Source of the DNA: the human T2T-CHM13v2.0 reference genome, Homo sapiens
DNA length: 64,000 nucleotides
NCBI RefSeq assembly: GCF_009914755.1
Contig: NC_060941.1
Strand: one strand, 5' to 3'
Under the pieces are notes generated by a model that saw only the letters and a program-made list of their open reading frames with translations, ran no database searches and was not told the DNA's origin. Position numbers and translations under genes: made by a program. Numbering within the stretch: position 1 is the first letter of the stretch; every line of letters begins with the position of its first letter. Below, piece by piece: positions 1 through 12,839 of this stretch.

Positions 1-113
1 GTCCAAGGAAGCACAGCTTAGCCCTGAAAACATGCCAGCTGCTCATTTGGCTGAGATGCAGCTGATCCCTATCCACACCTTGGTCACCTGTTCTTAACAA
101 ACTAGCACCTGCT

Positions 114-536
<423 letters not shown>

Positions 537-1843
537 TTAGCTGTCACCCTATAGAAGCACATTCCCAAATTGCAGGTAAATTATACATTTGCCTTTTAAG
601 TAGCACTTTAAGCTGGCAGGGAGACAGATTTCTATCAGTGGTGAATGCCCACCTCGGGCTGCTAGATTTCATGCAGGGTTCGTGTGATGGGTAATAACTC
701 TCACCTCCCTCCCTTTATGAAGAGACATGGCTCTTGTCTTTCCGCACGGAGGGAACAATAACACACACATCTTGCCCCGAGGTCTCAGAGGCTGCGGGCT
801 CCTCACCTCCTGGGTCTGGAGCCCACCCACCAGTGCCTTTACTGCCATGGCAACTGCCCGTGGGGCCTGAAAAGGTCCCATCATGACCCCTGTCCGCGGT
901 GCCCATGCCAAAGCAGCTGCCACTGTTGTTGTGCCCGAGAACACGAGGATATTTGCTTTCCAATAACTGTCCTCCTGTTTAATCGCTGGAGAGAGGTGCT
1001 TTTGTCACCTGCTCTATAAGTAAATGGTCTTGGCATTTTTGGCAACAGGCTCTTCTCAAAGGGGGAGATGCTTCCCCCTGGGCAGGGCTTCTGGAGAGAG
1101 GAGGCCAAGCTGTTTTGCAGAATTCTCCTGGGCATTTGTCCTTCCCGATCTCCTCCCACACTTCCTCAATGGGAGGTGTCTGCTTCCTAACCCCTCTCCA
1201 GATCTCTGAGCCTTGACTGTCCCAGATGACCTCCTTTCCCTCCCCAGCCAGGGCTGAACCCCCCTTCCATGCCATCTCCACTGTGCCTTCTCCTGGGACC
1301 CTGCTGAGGCTGGAGGCTCTGCCACCAGCCTGGGCACTTGGGAGATGAAGTCTATGGTTCTGCTGTCAAAAGCATGAGCACCCCAGGCTGTCTACCATGT
1401 GAAAAGACTTCCCAGAGACTTCTCTGTCCTAGATAAGTTGTGAAAAGCCAAGATCAATTTGCTTCTGAAAATCAGGTAGATCAATATGAATAGCACCATC
1501 TGCTGAGGAGCACGTGTGTCCATGAGCAGTGCATGTGTCCGTGCTCACGCACCCTCGGGGGTGCCCACACCCCCGCTCCCTTCCTCACTCTCCCACCCCC
1601 ACCCTCCCCATCTTATTTGAATCTGCTCACTATTTCCTGACTTAACCCTTTTTTTTCATTTCAGAAGCAACAAGACAGTAAACCTAAATCCCAGGGAAGT
1701 GGCTGTGTGTTCACTCTGAGTGCAGGGGACATTGGGATGTGCAGTTTCTGGGAGGAGGGTCCCCTGCCCTGTGCACCCCCATCTCCAGCCCCACTCTTCT
1801 GCCTCCCAAGCCCCAGGCAAAATCATCAGCCTGTGACTAACTT

Positions 1844-2000
1844 TGGGGGACTAACATAGCAGCCACCAGGAGGCCAGAGGTCCCAAAGGCTGGGCAGGTG
1901 TCACTGAAGTCCCACTGCCTATCTTAAATCACATCTCTGCCCTCAAGAAGGTATGTGGTGTTGGATGTGGGTGATGAACCCTACCAAGCTTCAAGGTCTT
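1844..2000 (+). repeat. Local direct repeat, copy A (partner 3981-4137)
   Basis: cagccaccaggagg...ccaagcttcaaggtctt aligns to 3981-4137 at roughly 85-90% by eye. Confidence 0.93.
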
Positions 2001-2089
2001 CATCTGTTCATCAGGGATGATGCGATCCTCCACGGGTTCCTGCCTGACACAGAGCAAGCACCCAACTAATAACAACAACAGCCAGCGCA

Positions 2090-2358
2090 TAGGCTGAGCA
2101 TCCCTAATCCCCAAATCTGAACTCCGAAATGCTCCAAAATCCGAAATGCTCCAAAATCCGAAACGCTCCAAAATCCGAAACTTTTTGAGCACCAACGTGA
2201 TCTCAAAGGAAATGCTCATTGGAGCATTTCAGATTTGGGATTTTCAGATTAGTGATGCCGAACATAATCCAAATATTCCAAAAGCCAAAATCCAAAACAA
2301 ATTCAAAAGCTGAAACACTTCTGGTCCCCAGAATTTCGGATAATGGATACTCAACTGG
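2090..2358 (+). mobile_element. Tigger4a/MER46A (TcMar-Tigger MITE)
   Basis: aggctgagcatccctaatcc...ggaaatgctcattggagcattt...ggatactcaac; ends resemble terminal inverted repeats. Confidence 0.85.
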
Positions 2359-2371
2359 TATTTGCCGCATG

Positions 2372-2560
2372 CTTGTCTAAGTACTTTATGCATATTAACT
2401 CATTGATTCTTTGCAATGATCCCATGATTACCTGTGATTTTTATCTCTCCCACTTTAGAAATGAGGAAAGAGAGGCCCAGAGAGGTCAATAACATACCCA
2501 ACGTTGCGGAGCTAGTAAGTGTGGTGTCAGGATTTGAACCCAGGCAGTCTGGGTCTTGCA
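2372..2560 (-). mobile_element. MIR
   Basis: atgaggaaagaggcccagagagg...ggatttgaacccaggcagtctg, antisense MIR core. Confidence 0.8.
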
Positions 2561-3113
2561 CCTACATGCTTTGTCCTGCCATTGGTACTATTTTTTTGTG
2601 CTGGGTCAGGCTAGGAGTAGAGATGCAAGCCCAAAGTGCATTGGCTCAGCCCTTGTCCTCAAGAATCTTCCCCTTCCTCTAGGGCACCTCCAAGGTGAAG
2701 AGGGAAGACCCCGGGCTCCCTAAGGCCTTGTGCAGACAGAAGCTTCAGCCACTGAGAATGATTGAACCACATCGAGCCTGTCTTTCCCACTATGCTCAGC
2801 AGTTTTGCTTGGAAAATGATGATAGAGTAAGATTTAAAAGCCTGGAGAATGGACTATTATTCTTATCAGTGCTAATAAAGGTGAAAGCGTTTCATTTCCT
2901 GGTGTGAGTGTGGCTTAGACGACAGAACGCCTTGCTCCCTCCTCCCCATGAACTCCCGGCCTCCTTGTCTCTGGCATCTTCCGAGACCCTCCCAAAGCCC
3001 GAGCTCCTGAGAGCCTCACCCCATCAGGAACCCCAGCTCTCTGCAGAAGAAACTCCTAAAAGGCTAGTAGGGCAGAGTGATGGCAAAGTGGGGTGCATTG
3101 CTCCCCTTGGGGG

Positions 3114-3300
3114 TTCATTCAGCAAACATTCGTCACGTGCACATTTTGTCCTGGGCAACAAGGGTATTTCAGTGAGGCATTGCCTCACTCTGATTTCATT
3201 TCAGTAGGGGAGACAGACTATAAAAATAAACCAGGAAATAGATAATACAATGTAAGGTAATGAGCCATGCTTCAAAGCAAAATAAAGCAGGGAAGGGGGG
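3114..3300 (-). mobile_element. L2 3' end fragment
   Basis: ttcattcagcaaacatt... typical antisense L2 tail. Confidence 0.55.
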
Positions 3301-3980
3301 CTACAGACTAAGGGGAGGAGAGTATATTAGTAACAAGGCAGAAAGCAGACCCCTCCTCAACTAGTGTGATGGGGACAATTAATAAAGGGACAAAGAGGTG
3401 GACAGAGTCAGAGGACCCACTCAGGGATGGCCAGTCACCCTGGACCCAGCATCATGGGAAGCTGCCTGCTGCCACTTCTAGACCTAGGAGCACGGAAAGA
3501 GAGGAGCTGCCAGAGCTGAGAGTGGGCTGTCGCTGTGAAAGTGACCCTGTGGCCCACTAATGAGAGAGCTGAGAAGTCAGTACCCCAATCTGATTCTCCT
3601 CCCGCCTTCTGGTCTCCTGTGGGTGACTTCGTTTGGCCAAACCCAACTGGAAGGCAGAGGGTAAGGGGGCTTGGTCGATGCAGCCCACTCAGTCAGCCTC
3701 CTGTGACACAGAGCAGGGTGGGAAGGACAGGGTGCTGGCCTAGAGGGTCAGGCAGAGGCTGGGCAGCTCCGGGCCACTGCTATTCCATATAGAATGGTCA
3801 GAGAAGACCCAGTAATGAGGGGCCTTTGAGCAGAAGCCTGAGATCTCTGTTCCCCACCTCCACTGACACGCTCTAGACACCTTCCTCTGCTTTATTCTTC
3901 TCTCCCTTTGTGACCAGCCACAGATCCGTCCTTGCCCCTTCAAAGGAACTAGAATATCTTCCCCCAAGATCCAGCTACAG

Positions 3981-4137
3981 TGGAGACTGAACATAACAGC
4001 CACCAGGAGGACAGAGGTCCCAATGGCTGGGCAGGTGGCACTGAAGTCCCACTGCCCATCTTAAATCATGTCTCTGCCCACAAGAGGGTATGTGGCCTTG
4101 GATGTGGTTGATTAACTCCCCCAAGCTTCAAGGTCTT
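3981..4137 (+). repeat. Local direct repeat, copy B (partner 1844-2000)
   Basis: Alignment to 1844-2000. Confidence 0.93.
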
Positions 4138-4221
4138 TACTTGAAGATGTGCGGGTCTGGCTTTTCAGGGCATCATGGCGGCAAGACGATGCCACGTCTT
4201 ACAGTGGCAACTGCCAGTGGC

Positions 4222-4333
4222 CCAGTGTAGTTTCTCTAGGCAAGTGGCAGTTTTTCTGAGGTATGAGGGTTACCCTGGGCCAGTGGCAGTTTCTTTGGGT
4301 CGGTGGCAGTTTCTGTGAGGTGTGAGGGTCACC
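4222..4333. repeat. Degenerate tandem repeat (2 x ~58 bp, each with 2 x gtggcagttt-like units)
   Basis: ccagtg(t/gc)agtttct...gtggcagttt...tgaggt(a/g)tgagggt(t/c)acc repeated twice. Confidence 0.8.
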
Positions 4334-5203
4334 TCCACCCTCCCCCCCGACCCCACTGCTGCTATGCAGTCTTCACTAATTCCTGAGAGAGGAGGGGAAG
4401 CCACTGAGACAAGTGAACAAAGCTCAGGCCACTCTGGTCCCTTCCTCCTCTGGCACATTCATGGGGAATGACAGGTGCAGAGGCTCCCAAAGGAAGGCTC
4501 CTCCCTGCTCTTCTGTGCCCTGGAGAGGGCTCTATGGCCACTTTGGGCCCTCTGTGCGCCTCTCGAGCACCCACATTCTCTTCTCCTCTCCTGCATGGGA
4601 ACATGAAGGTGTTTCCTTGCACACTCTACCACATGAAGCCACTTGCTCCTCATCCACTTGCAGCTTTTGCAATCACAGCCTCCATTCGTTTAAGACTTTT
4701 TAAGATTCACCTTAAAAAATTGAGTCAATGAGGCCACAAAATTAGAAACACGCACACACACATACACACACACACGCACACACATGCTGATTTTCACTGC
4801 AGGCTTCCAACCTTATACGGAGCTGTTGACATTCCTGAGGCTAAGGGAAGGTCCTGGGAGATTCACGCCCATTCTGCTCCTCCATGCTCCATCTCAGGCC
4901 ACACAGCAGCTGTCAGCAGGTCCCCCTTAAGACCTACATAACACCCAGAGTGCTCTCCAGGTCTGCAAAGAGAAGAGAGTCTTAGATTCTTTTTCTTGCC
5001 TTTGTGACAGTCTCTCTGTTCCTCAGCTATCCCTTTGACCCCAGAGCGCCTTCTGATGCCTTTTCTCTAAGAGGCCCTGTCCCCGGGGTGCACCACTGCA
5101 TGATAACTGGCTTTGTATAGGTTGGCTTTTAGACGCTCTGTGTGCTTCACACTCATCATCCTTTTCCGTAGAGTTAGAATGAAATGCAATCAGCTGGCTG
5201 GAT

Positions 5204-6425
5204 ATCCATTGCTCTTGGAATAAATTTCAAATTCCCTAAAGTGACCTACAAAGCTATGCATGATGTGTCTGTCCAGCTCCATTACATGACCCCTCCCTCT
5301 GGCTCACTATTTCCATTCATACCTGTTTCCTTTCTGCTCCTTGAACACACCAAGACCCTTTCTCCTTTTTACTATGTACTTGCCATTCTACCTGCCTGGA
5401 ATGATTTAACTCCAGCTCTTGTCATGCATGATGGTTCATTGTCATTCTTCAGGTCTTAACTCCAAAGTCCCCTCTTCAGAGATGTCTTCCTTCCCTACCC
5501 TATCAATGAAGTCTCTCTCTGCGCTTCTAGGTCAGTGTCCTGCTATACCTCTGACTCTTTATTTCACAGCATTCATAACCATTTGTAGTTATATTGTTGG
5601 TTGAGTGTTGGTGGCGGTAGTAATGGTGGTGGCGGTGGTTGTGTGTGGGGGAGGGGTGTGATCTGTCTTCCCCACTAGGAAGCATATTCTTTGAAGTCAG
5701 GAACCAAGTCTGTATTTGTGCAGTAAAGGATCAACTTTACCCAAAGAAAGGTTTGGGTCTTTGGCCCTGGCTCCTGGGAGGGAACCTCTATGTCCTTGGA
5801 ATGCCCTGTTTGATAAGAGCATCTTTGTTTACCTGGGGTCTTGGGCCACCCTAAATTTTCTATGCTAACAATATGATTTGTGGTAGGTTGGGGGGGTGGT
5901 CTTGGACCACTTGGTATAAGCTTGACTTCTGGAAGGCCTAGAGACTAAGGTCAACCTGGCAGGCAGTCAATCGTGTCTATGTGACTGAGCCCCAATAGAA
6001 TCTCTGGACACCAAGATTTGGGTGAGCATCTCTGGTTGGCCAGACTCTGTGTGTGTTATCGCACATCATTGCTGGAAGAAACAGGTGCTGTCCAAAGTTC
6101 CACTGGGAAAGGACAACAGAAGTTCATGCCTGGTCTCTCCTGGACCCTGCCCCATGTACCGCTTCCCTTGACTGATTTCCATCTGTATCCTTTCACCGTA
6201 ATAAATCACAACCATAAGTATAATGCCTTTGCTGAGTTCTGAGTCCTTCCAGTGAATCATTGAACCTGAGGCTGGTCTTGGATAACCCCCAAACTTTTCC
6301 ATTGGTGTCAGAAGGGAAGTGGTCTTGGGAACCCACGACCTTTTCAGTGTTATTTACCACTATCTTCTTAGTGCATAGAACCACAAGTGGTATGCAGTAA
6401 GTGCTCATGAAGTATGTATTGATAA
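5204..6425 (+). mobile_element. L2 3' region, split by an LTR insertion at 5718-6338
   Basis: ttccttgaacacacc-like and cctgcctggaatg motifs; L2 tail resumes at 6342-6425 (agtaagtgctcatgaag). Confidence 0.7.
5718..6338 (+). mobile_element. ERVL-type solo LTR, MER21/MER77 family
   Basis: gtctatgtgactgagccccaata, ctggacaccaag...gggtgagc, AATAAA, gagttctgagtccttccagtgaatcattgaacctgag. Confidence 0.75.
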
Positions 6426-6860
6426 TGAAGGTTCCTCTTGACACAAAGACCTTCCAAATGCAGCCAGTAGGGCTGGGACATGTTCTCAACCACCTGCAGC
6501 TTCCTCATACCACCTCATTGAGTTTAGCCCCACCAGGTGTCTTCTAGTTCCCAGAAAGTGCTGAGCTCCCTCAAGCCTCTGGACTCTTCTAGAAGTTGTG
6601 TGTGTTGTCTGGGGATTCCTTCATCCACCACCTCCCTGATTCCTCATTGTCCTTCCGGATGCAGCTAATCTTATCACCTCCCCTGGGGAAAATTCCATAG
6701 GCCCCGAGTTTCCAAGCCTACCTGAGCTTACCCATGGCATGCTGTTATAATCTCTGCTGTAACACATGGCATCTGGGTTATAATGGAAAGGAGTCTGAGC
6801 CTTCTCTTCCTAGAGCTATGTCGCATTTGCAGAGGATCTTCTGCTTAGATACCTCTTCTC

Positions 6861-7003
6861 TGTGGCAGGTGGACTCTAAGATGGTCTAAGCTGATCCCCA
6901 CCTCGTGGCACTCACGTTTGTGTCATCTTCTCTCTTTGAATGTGGGCCAGACTGGCAACTTGTTCTAACCAAAGGAATATGGCTAACATAATAAATGTCA
7001 CTT
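6861..7003 (+). mobile_element. MLT1E/F 5' fragment (local copy of the 7410-7554 LTR start)
   Basis: tgtggcagg..gactctaag.tggtctaag.tgatcc; same upstream flank as the full LTR. Confidence 0.8.
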
Positions 7004-7409
7004 GAGCTCTTTTAAATCCAGGAACTGTGTGTTTTATCTGTAGGTCTTTACTAGCAGGTGCTGTGCCGATTGCATAGCAGCAAATATCTGCATCAACAAA
7101 CGGATCAACCCCTCAACAAGGAGAGGTGGAAGGAAGGTTAGGAACATGGTGGAAAATTGTTTTAAAATGATGGTTGTGTAGCAGATCTTAGCATCATTTT
7201 CAGAAACAAGATTCTATCTACTCATTCTGATATCTACACAAAAGGATAGGAGATAAAACTATCAGGAGGTCATCCTCTCAATAAGCTTCTTTGGAGTAGA
7301 AGTGAGCTGCCCTGCCCATAGGTAGGAAACCCATGCCTCTAAGCTTTGCAGAATGTTCACCTAATCTTAGATTTGGGTCATAGGCACTGGAGCTGGCTAC
7401 CCTCTTCTC

Positions 7410-7965
7410 TGTGGCAGGCTGACTCTAAGGTGGTCTAAGATGATCCTTACTTCCTGGTATTCACATTCTTGTGTAATCTCCTCTCCTTGAACATGGTCTT
7501 GCCTGGTGACTTGTTCTAATCACAGGAATATGGCAAAAATAATGATTGTCACTTCTGAGATAAGTTTTAAAAGATTGTAACTTCTCTCTTGCTAGTGGAC
7601 TTTCTCTCTTGCTGGCTTCTTTGGTGCGACAAGGAACTGAGAGAAGCCTCCAGCCTACAGCCAGCTGGGAACGAAAGCCCTGAGCCCAACAACTGTCAAG
7701 GAACTGAATTTTGCCAACAGCCACAAAAGTGAACTTGGAAGTGAAGCCTTTTCCAGTCAAGCCTTCACAAATGGCACAGTGCCCACTCTCCAGCCCTGGC
7801 TAACACCTCGATTGCAGCCTGAGAGACAGTCCAAAGCAGAGGGCCCAGCCAGGCCACACCCAGAGGCCCCACCCACAAAGACTGAGATCACAAATGTGAT
7901 CGCCTTAAGCTGTGAAGTTTTGGAGTGATTTGGGGTGATTTGTTAAACGCGGTAGATAACTAACA
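7410..7965 (+). mobile_element. MLT1E/F MaLR LTR
   Basis: tgtggcaggctgactctaagg...caaggaactgaattttgccaacagccac...tagataactaaca. Confidence 0.85.
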
Positions 7966-8019
7966 TGCTCTCCCAAGCGCTCATCAACACCAGATCATAC
8001 CTGACTCTGCTGTTAGCAG

Positions 8020-8215
8020 CACAGTAAGACAGTCAAGCCATAGACGCCAGAGCCATATGGCCTGGATTCAAATCTCAGGGCCTCTACTTTGTGCCTGTGT
8101 GACCTTAGGCAAGTTACTTAGCATCAGCTCTCTCATCAAGGACATAGGAATATTACCTACCTCTTAGGACTGTCATGAGGATTAGATTAGATCCTACATG
8201 TACAATGCTTAGAGC
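8020..8215 (+). mobile_element. MIR
   Basis: ctggattcaaatc...tgtgtgaccttaggcaagttactta. Confidence 0.75.
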
Positions 8216-10242
8216 AGTGATAATATTTGTAACATTCATCCTGTCCATTATATCATATAAGTGTTGATGGTATTTATTCTTCACGGCTAAGTTTCTTCAT
8301 GGTAAGTTTCTACTTACATTAGCACATGCAATTGACCACACACCACCCATACAACCCAGCCCTACCACAAGCCAGTAGAAGGAAGGCCTTGGGGCAGACA
8401 GCAGCCTTCTCTAACCACAGCCAGGAAGGTCAAGGCCTGGTCCTGGAACCTCAAAGCTCACCTCCTCCTCTCTGCTCAGCATCCCGACCACCCCTGCTTT
8501 TGGCATACCAAGAAAGGAGTTGCACACACAGGTCTAGTCTGATCATTCCACTATTTGCAAACACATTTACAAACAGTCAGGATCCATTTCCCTTGAATGT
8601 TAAGGGGAATTCAATACCAAATCATTACAATTCAATCCCATTATGGACAGTCATAACCTAAAACAGTTCTCGGCAAGAAAACACCAACGTAGCGCAAGCC
8701 ACAGCTTCACTGCCCCCAGGGCTCACAGCTGAGTGGTACCTCCAGCCTGGAGGACTCCAGACTTCAGCCCAGTAGCAGAGCTACCTGTGTCCAGGAAGAG
8801 GGTCTGTTAGAGGTGTGGTGGTCTAGGGCAGGCTCAGTGCAAGAGTTTGCTCTGGAGTCAGAACGGTTCCTCCTGTAGCTGTCACCATAGAACCAGGCCA
8901 ACTTTGGCAAATCTCAAGGTGTGTGGTTGCTACAGCACATAGGCCTCTGTGGGTGTGGTGTAAGTTGTGGAGGGGAGGGAGCTGGGGAGGGAAACCAGAA
9001 GGATTTCCATCCCTCCTGTGCAAGGGCCTGAGCACCTCTACCTGGGCTTCTGTACCTTGTATTTTCCCAGTTTGCACTGGGAAGCTTGCCCTAGCCTGCA
9101 GTCAAGCTACCTACAAAGTCAACACAACATGCGAGATTGCCTGCAGGCCAGCTGTTCGTATTAGAGAGAAGATGGAAATACTCTATGGCAGGATAAGAGG
9201 AGAAGAAGCATTCTAGAAGCGGGAGTCTGAGCACAATTTATGTCCTGGGCCACAGAGAGCCTGTCACTCGCTTCCCCTGATAGAGTTTGACCCCCATTTA
9301 CTTTGTAAAATTGCTTATGGGCACGCAGACACCTCTGAGGATTGGTATCGCCAGTGTTGCCGCCTGGGCCTCTCCTGGGATATGAAGCCTTGTGTTTTTG
9401 TTCTCCCATTCCCTCAAGGTGATGGTACAGAGATGTTAGAAAATGCAGGAAGCTGCAAGGGCCTGTTGCCTGCATGAGACCTGGTGTGTGCATGAGTGCA
9501 TATGAATGAATGTGCATGTTATGGCTAATGAGCATCCACAGAGATTCTCAGGATGACAGGATCAAATAATTGCTGTCAGAGCTATGCTTCTGATTAGCTT
9601 TCTCTTCCAAAAGCTAATTGTCCAATTTCATAGGCATCTGCTATTTTTCACAAATGTGTTTGAACTTCACAAGCCAAGTGATTTTTTAGCAGACAGTCAA
9701 CAACTCAGAAAATAATACATCCTGTATCCTATCTTGTCCCTCTCAACTAAACACTGAAGTTATAGAAGGAAAGCTGAACAGACGTTCGATGCACAAACTT
9801 GCCAATTAGCCCTCTCACACCAGAGTCAGGGACTGTTTTTCACTCGATGAATGTGTTGAACCCAGTGGGGACAAAGAACAGCAGGATGTGCGCAGGCACA
9901 GAATTTCTCTCCCTAACAGCCGGGGCATGCTCAAGGAGAGCCAGAGTGCAGCAGCTGAGACCTCACACCCGTGTGGGGCTCGAATCAGATCTGCAGTGTG
10001 CATGCTGTCTCCAGGCAGTCATGTTCTTTGAGGTGAGGATCTCGGCAGGTTTCATGCCATGTTCAGTGGGAAATGGGATTATACAGGTTTGCAGCTTGTT
10101 ACCTCTGGCTTCCCACAGCCTTCATGCTGTGCATCTGTGTCAGGTAACTCTTGATGGACCAAACATCTGTAGCCTTGCAAGGAAACATCCAATTTCCCTA
10201 GAATTTACCTAACTTCCCTTTCCCTCAATGGCAGAGCTACTA

Positions 10243-10960
<718 letters not shown>

Positions 10961-11245
10961 GGCAGAGTATTGGGCAAAAGATGGCACTTATGACCATCAC
11001 AAAGGTAGTTAAAATGGTCCAGGGGCTCATTGGAGAAAGCAACAAGGAAGCAGATTCAATACCCTTAAGAGATAAACTTTCAAACTTCCAGAGACTTCTT
11101 TGAGTGAAATGAATTACCAGTGGAGGTGGCACAGACATTTGTAGAGGTGGTTCCAACAATTATTAGGGGTGAAATTAAATCTTTAAGATCCCTTCCAAAT
11201 GAATGAAATTAGCCTCCACCACTCACCTGGTCTTAAATAATCTTG

Positions 11246-11649
11246 TGCTATGGTTTGAATGTGTGTGTTCCCTCCAAAATTCATGTTAAAATGTAATCCC
11301 CATTGCAACAGTATTAACAGGTGGGGCCTTTAGACCCTATGGGGGCATGCAGACACCTGCATGAATGGGATCAGTGACCTTCTAAAAGGGCTAGGGGGAA
11401 ATAGCTGGGCCCTTTTTGCTCTTTTTCATCCCTTCTGCAAGGTGAGGCCACAGTGTTTGTCCTCTCAGGAGAATGCAGCAATGAGGCACCATTTTGGAGG
11501 CAGAGACAAAACCCTCGCCAGACACTGAATCTGCTGGCACCTTGGTCTTGGACTTCCCATCCTCCAGAACTGTGAGAAATAAATTTCTGTTTTTTATAAA
11601 TTACCTAGTCTCAGATATTTTGTTATAGTAGCACAAACGGGCTAAGACA
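11246..11649 (+). mobile_element. MST (MSTC/D) MaLR LTR
   Basis: tgctatggtttgaatgtg...ccagaactgtgagaaataaatttctg...ctaagaca. Confidence 0.88.
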
Positions 11650-11859
11650 CCCTGTCACAAGGATTTGGTCATTCAGATTTGCGAAGGACTAGCAATCTGA
11701 AAGAAAAACTGAAATTGAGAGACAGGGTTGAGGTTGGAGATTCAGGTGAGGCAGGTGAATACACGAACTCCTGTTGTGGGCTTAGTTCTCCCTTTGTTAG
11801 CTCCATGTTTATATCATGGTGCTCCTGAGGCTAATTATGGTTTTGGTTCCCAATCTGAG

Positions 11860-12084
11860 GTCACGTGAGCTTAGATGTGGATCTTTCCCCATTGGAGCCA
11901 TCAGATGAGACCCCAGCCCTGGGAAACATCTTGATTTTAGTTTGCAAGAGACTCTGAAACAGACGACCTAGGTAAGCCACACCTAGTTTCTTGACCCACA
12001 GATACTGTGAGATAATAAACATGTGTTGCTTTAAACTACTATGTTTCATGGCAATTTGTTATGCAGCAATGGGTAACTAATGCA
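11860..12084 (+). mobile_element. MLT1E/F 3' fragment
   Basis: cagatgagaccccagccc...tgacccacagatactgtgagataataaa...gtaactaatgca. Confidence 0.8.
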
Positions 12085-12429
12085 AGGAGGTCAATCGAAG
12101 GGGAGGGTGGCACAGGTATTAGTGTTTGAGATTTGTGGCTGGATATAAGTCAGAGAGGAAAACAAGTAGGCTCTGACCCAAGAAGTTTAGATAGAGAGTG
12201 GCAAGTGGGGTCTCAGGCAAAGGGGTTGGCTAGAACATTTGCTGAGCCTGGCTGGGGACCCCTAATACCTGCCAAAGATGTCGGTAAAGTGGAGAGGTCT
12301 GGAGCCAGATGGAGAAGTAGCTTAACTTTCAAAGAGCCCAGGCCAGCTGAGAGCCTCACCCTGTCCTACTCATAGATGATCAGTTGAGTCATCCTGAAAT
12401 ATACATTCAGAACTATATTAAGGGGGCCA

Positions 12430-12650
12430 ATAATTGCTACCACTTATTATGCACCTGCTATAGCTCAGGCTCAGTTCTTTTGCCAACATGACCTCTATTC
12501 TCATGACTCTGAGAAGCAGGTGTCATTATTCCTATTTGAGGATTAGAAAGTGAAATTCAGGCAGACCAATAACTTGCTGAAGGTCATTCAGCTTGTAAGT
12601 GGCAGAGCTGGGTTCAAACCCACATTGAGCCCCAAAGCCAGTCCTCTTTC
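12430..12650 (-). mobile_element. MIR
   Basis: aacttgctgaaggtcattcagcttgtaagtggcagagctgggttcaaaccc. Confidence 0.75.
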
Positions 12651-12839
12651 TCTTAGAATTCATTCTCCCACCCACCCTCCAGGCAATCAGATGGGCCCCA
12701 GGAAAACCTCACATCAAGCTGACTTTTTCCACCACCTTGTCACGACCCACTTGCATAATCTCTCAGCCATTATTATTCCTCTCATAAAACCTCATCCCTA
12801 TTAAAAAGTGTTTCCTCACCCATCAGCACCCTGATTGTA

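Noticed and set aside
3400-3735. Probable ancient ERVL-type LTR (LTR33-like); similar relic near 39950-40310
   Set aside because: Too diverged to assign family or ends by eye
2123-4333. Short spaced repeats resembling a CRISPR array
   Set aside because: Eukaryotic context, no unique constant-length spacers, no cas genes; these are tandem duplications
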